From positions 1 to 24,112 of the forward strand of contig NW_021836521.1 of assembly GCF_006345805.1 (NCBI RefSeq): DNA of 24,112 bases, read 5' to 3'. Positions within the stretch are counted from its first letter, which is position 1. The number at the start of each line of letters is the position of its first letter. The position numbers and the translations under genes were made by a program. Source of the DNA: Octopus sinensis. Taxonomy: Eukaryota. Under the pieces are notes generated by a model that worked only from the letters and a program-made list of their open reading frames with translations, did no database searches and was not told the origin of the DNA. Positions 22,078-24,112 of this stretch are shown here, piece by piece.

Positions 22078-22271
22078 GGTTATCATATCAAAGATTGACT
22101 ATCAAACCAACGAAGGATCCTCTATATGGTTGTTAATTCTGTTAGAAATCGCAGCAAAATCTCTTCCAATTTGCACCAAATATAGGACGTATTTTTAAGT
22201 GAATATGATTTCAAAAATGTAAGTTGTTTGTACAGAAAGTATTTATATTTTAGCTTTCTTTAAATAAACAA

Positions 22272-23540
22272 TACACGAACCGCAAAAGAAACGCAATTTT
22301 TTCAAATTTAATTTTTATATGGTAAATTCTGAAAATTTATTTCGGAGATGTATGTGTAAATATTCCAAGACATGCTGGTTTACGGCTGAGACCCAAATTG
22401 CAGGTAATCTTTTAATTTTCTCTGAAACGAGACGCCAAAACGCAGCTGCGTTAGATGCCGTGGGAAGCAGTCGCAAACGGTTGCCATGGAAACCCGAAAT
22501 GCACGTGCATCTCGTGGAGGTTATGGGTATAAAGATCAACTTGAACCGCGTTCCTGGCATTCATAATTCGGACGCATCAGGTATGACCCGATTGTCAGCA
22601 TCGCAGAGAGGACAAGCTTTCGGCCGATTGCAAACAGGGCAGCGCGCCCTGGTTGTTGCGAAAGCTTACGATATCCATGTCAACACTATCTATCGCCTGC
22701 AACAGCGATACAGCAACACTAAAAGCATTGCAGAACGTACCCACAGAGGGCGCTCCGGGTGACCACGCCCAGGTAGGACCGCTTCATCCATCGGCAACAC
22801 CTCCGTGATCACTTCAGACCGGCCAGTGTGACAGCTCGCGAGACCACTGGTACTGGAGAGCGACCCGTCAGCGACGACACGGTACGACGTCGACTGACCG
22901 CCAACAACCTGCGTTGTCGTCGTCCTTCTCGAGGACCTGTCCTCACCATCCGCCACCATCAGGCACGACTACAGTGGGCTACACAGCACCGACATTGGCA
23001 GCATCAACAATAACTCGATAGTATTCTCTGAGGTGATCCGGGACTGCGGTTCCACCTCGGATGGCAGAGTGAGGTTGTGGCGTAGGAGGGGGTGAACGCT
23101 ACAGACGCGCATGTGTCATGGAGAGAGACGCATAGGGTGACCAAAACCATCATGGTTTGGGGTGCTGTAGGCCTGAATCAGAGAATTGGGTCCCATGGGT
23201 TCCAAAATGTTGGTGCAGGCAGAAGGAATGACATCAAAGCGCAGCGCTACGTTGACCAGATCCTAAGACCTCACATAGTACCCTTCTTTGCGCATCACCA
23301 TAGCCACTTGTTCAAGCAGGACAATACTCCCTCCCAAACGACCAGGGTCACCATGGACTTCCTGCGTCAGCACAACATCAGAAGCATGCCATGGTCGGCT
23401 CTCAGCTCAGATTTGAACCCAATTGAACACCTGTGGGATGAAATCCAGAGACTGCTGAACCAGGTGGTCCCAAGGCCGGTAACTCGTGTGGAACTGGATG
23501 CAGTTTCCTCAGGGTGTAAGAACAGGTGCCAATGGCATAT
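22272..23540 (+). mobile_element. Tc1/mariner DNA transposon, 3'-truncated
   Basis: TA + cacgaaccgcaaaagaaacgcaa resembles a Tc1 left TIR, and a transposase remnant follows. No right TIR is visible in the window. Confidence 0.8.
22583..23540 (+). pseudogene. Tc1-family DD34E transposase pseudogene (frameshifts and stops)
   Basis: MTRLSASQRGQAFGRLQTG..TIYRLQQRY (HTH), RGR/VTTPR*DRFI, VSDDTVRRRL..RRPSRGPVLT..RLQWA, IMVWGAV, QRYVDQILRPHIVPF, FKQDNTP, WSALSSDLNPIEHLWDE. The reading is split across at least three frames. Confidence 0.92.
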
Positions 23541-23580
23541 TTATAAAATATTTCTAAGTAAAAAATACTTTAAAAATACA

Positions 23581-24064
23581 GTAAATATTTTGTAAACGAG
23601 CCATTTCACAACTCAGTGTGAAATAATTTTTTCCATAGGTTTTTTTTTTTCGGATGCATTCAACGTATCGCACCTCCAAAGATTTGGCTTCTATTTCTAG
23701 CACGTCCTGCTATCACATAACAGCTATTTGTGATAACCAATCCGAAACAGCTGTTTCGTGGTAGCAGAGCGTGCAAGAAATAGCTGCCAAATCTTTCCTT
23801 TTCTGGGGAACGAGCCGTTTATGCGTGATTCCGATGTCACATTCGTTGAAAGCATCAGAAATAACCCGGAAAAGAAAAAAGACCCACGATACAAAACTCC
23901 GTTGGTGGGAAACTCCGAGGTCCCCATCACCCATCCCCATTCTTTGCTGGAAGAAAGTGGCTTTTGATCGGTGTGGAGGTGAGATACGTTGAATGCACAC
24001 GAAAAAACCTGTGGAAAAATTATTTCACACTGGAGAACGAACGAGTGCTTTACGTAATATTTAC
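23581..24064. repeat. Nested inverted-repeat (fold-back/MITE-like) structure
   Basis: Outer arms 23614-23678 / 23974-24032 (plus gtaaatatt 23581 / aatatttac 24064); inner arms 23678-23725 / 23749-23796; palindrome cgaaacagctgtttcg 23743-23758. Confidence 0.75.
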
Positions 24065-24112
24065 CCAAGACCGGAACAGGCATGCGTATAGAAGGATCGA
24101 TGAAACTGATAA

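Overview
This is AT-rich, microsatellite-saturated eukaryotic non-coding DNA. The repeat families resemble an octopus or other cephalopod genome (inference, not verified). No intact host gene is supported, and nearly all listed ORFs are translations of simple repeats. The window holds three recurrent tRNA-like SINE families, two tandem Helentron-associated (HINE/DINE-1-like) elements, two R4/Dong-type and one CR1-type LINE 3' remnants, and a decayed Tc1/mariner (DD34E) transposase. The most notable signal is a set of non-coding fold-back elements: head-to-head inverted repeats, several embedded in (TA)n, whose arms carry type I hammerhead-ribozyme folds followed by AATAAA and a tail. They lie at 19-368, 409-858 and 13361-13993, with a solo copy near 2640. 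This architecture matches non-autonomous Penelope-like element/retrozyme derivatives. One of them carries in its loop about 100 bp that matches sequence 2.2 kb downstream.
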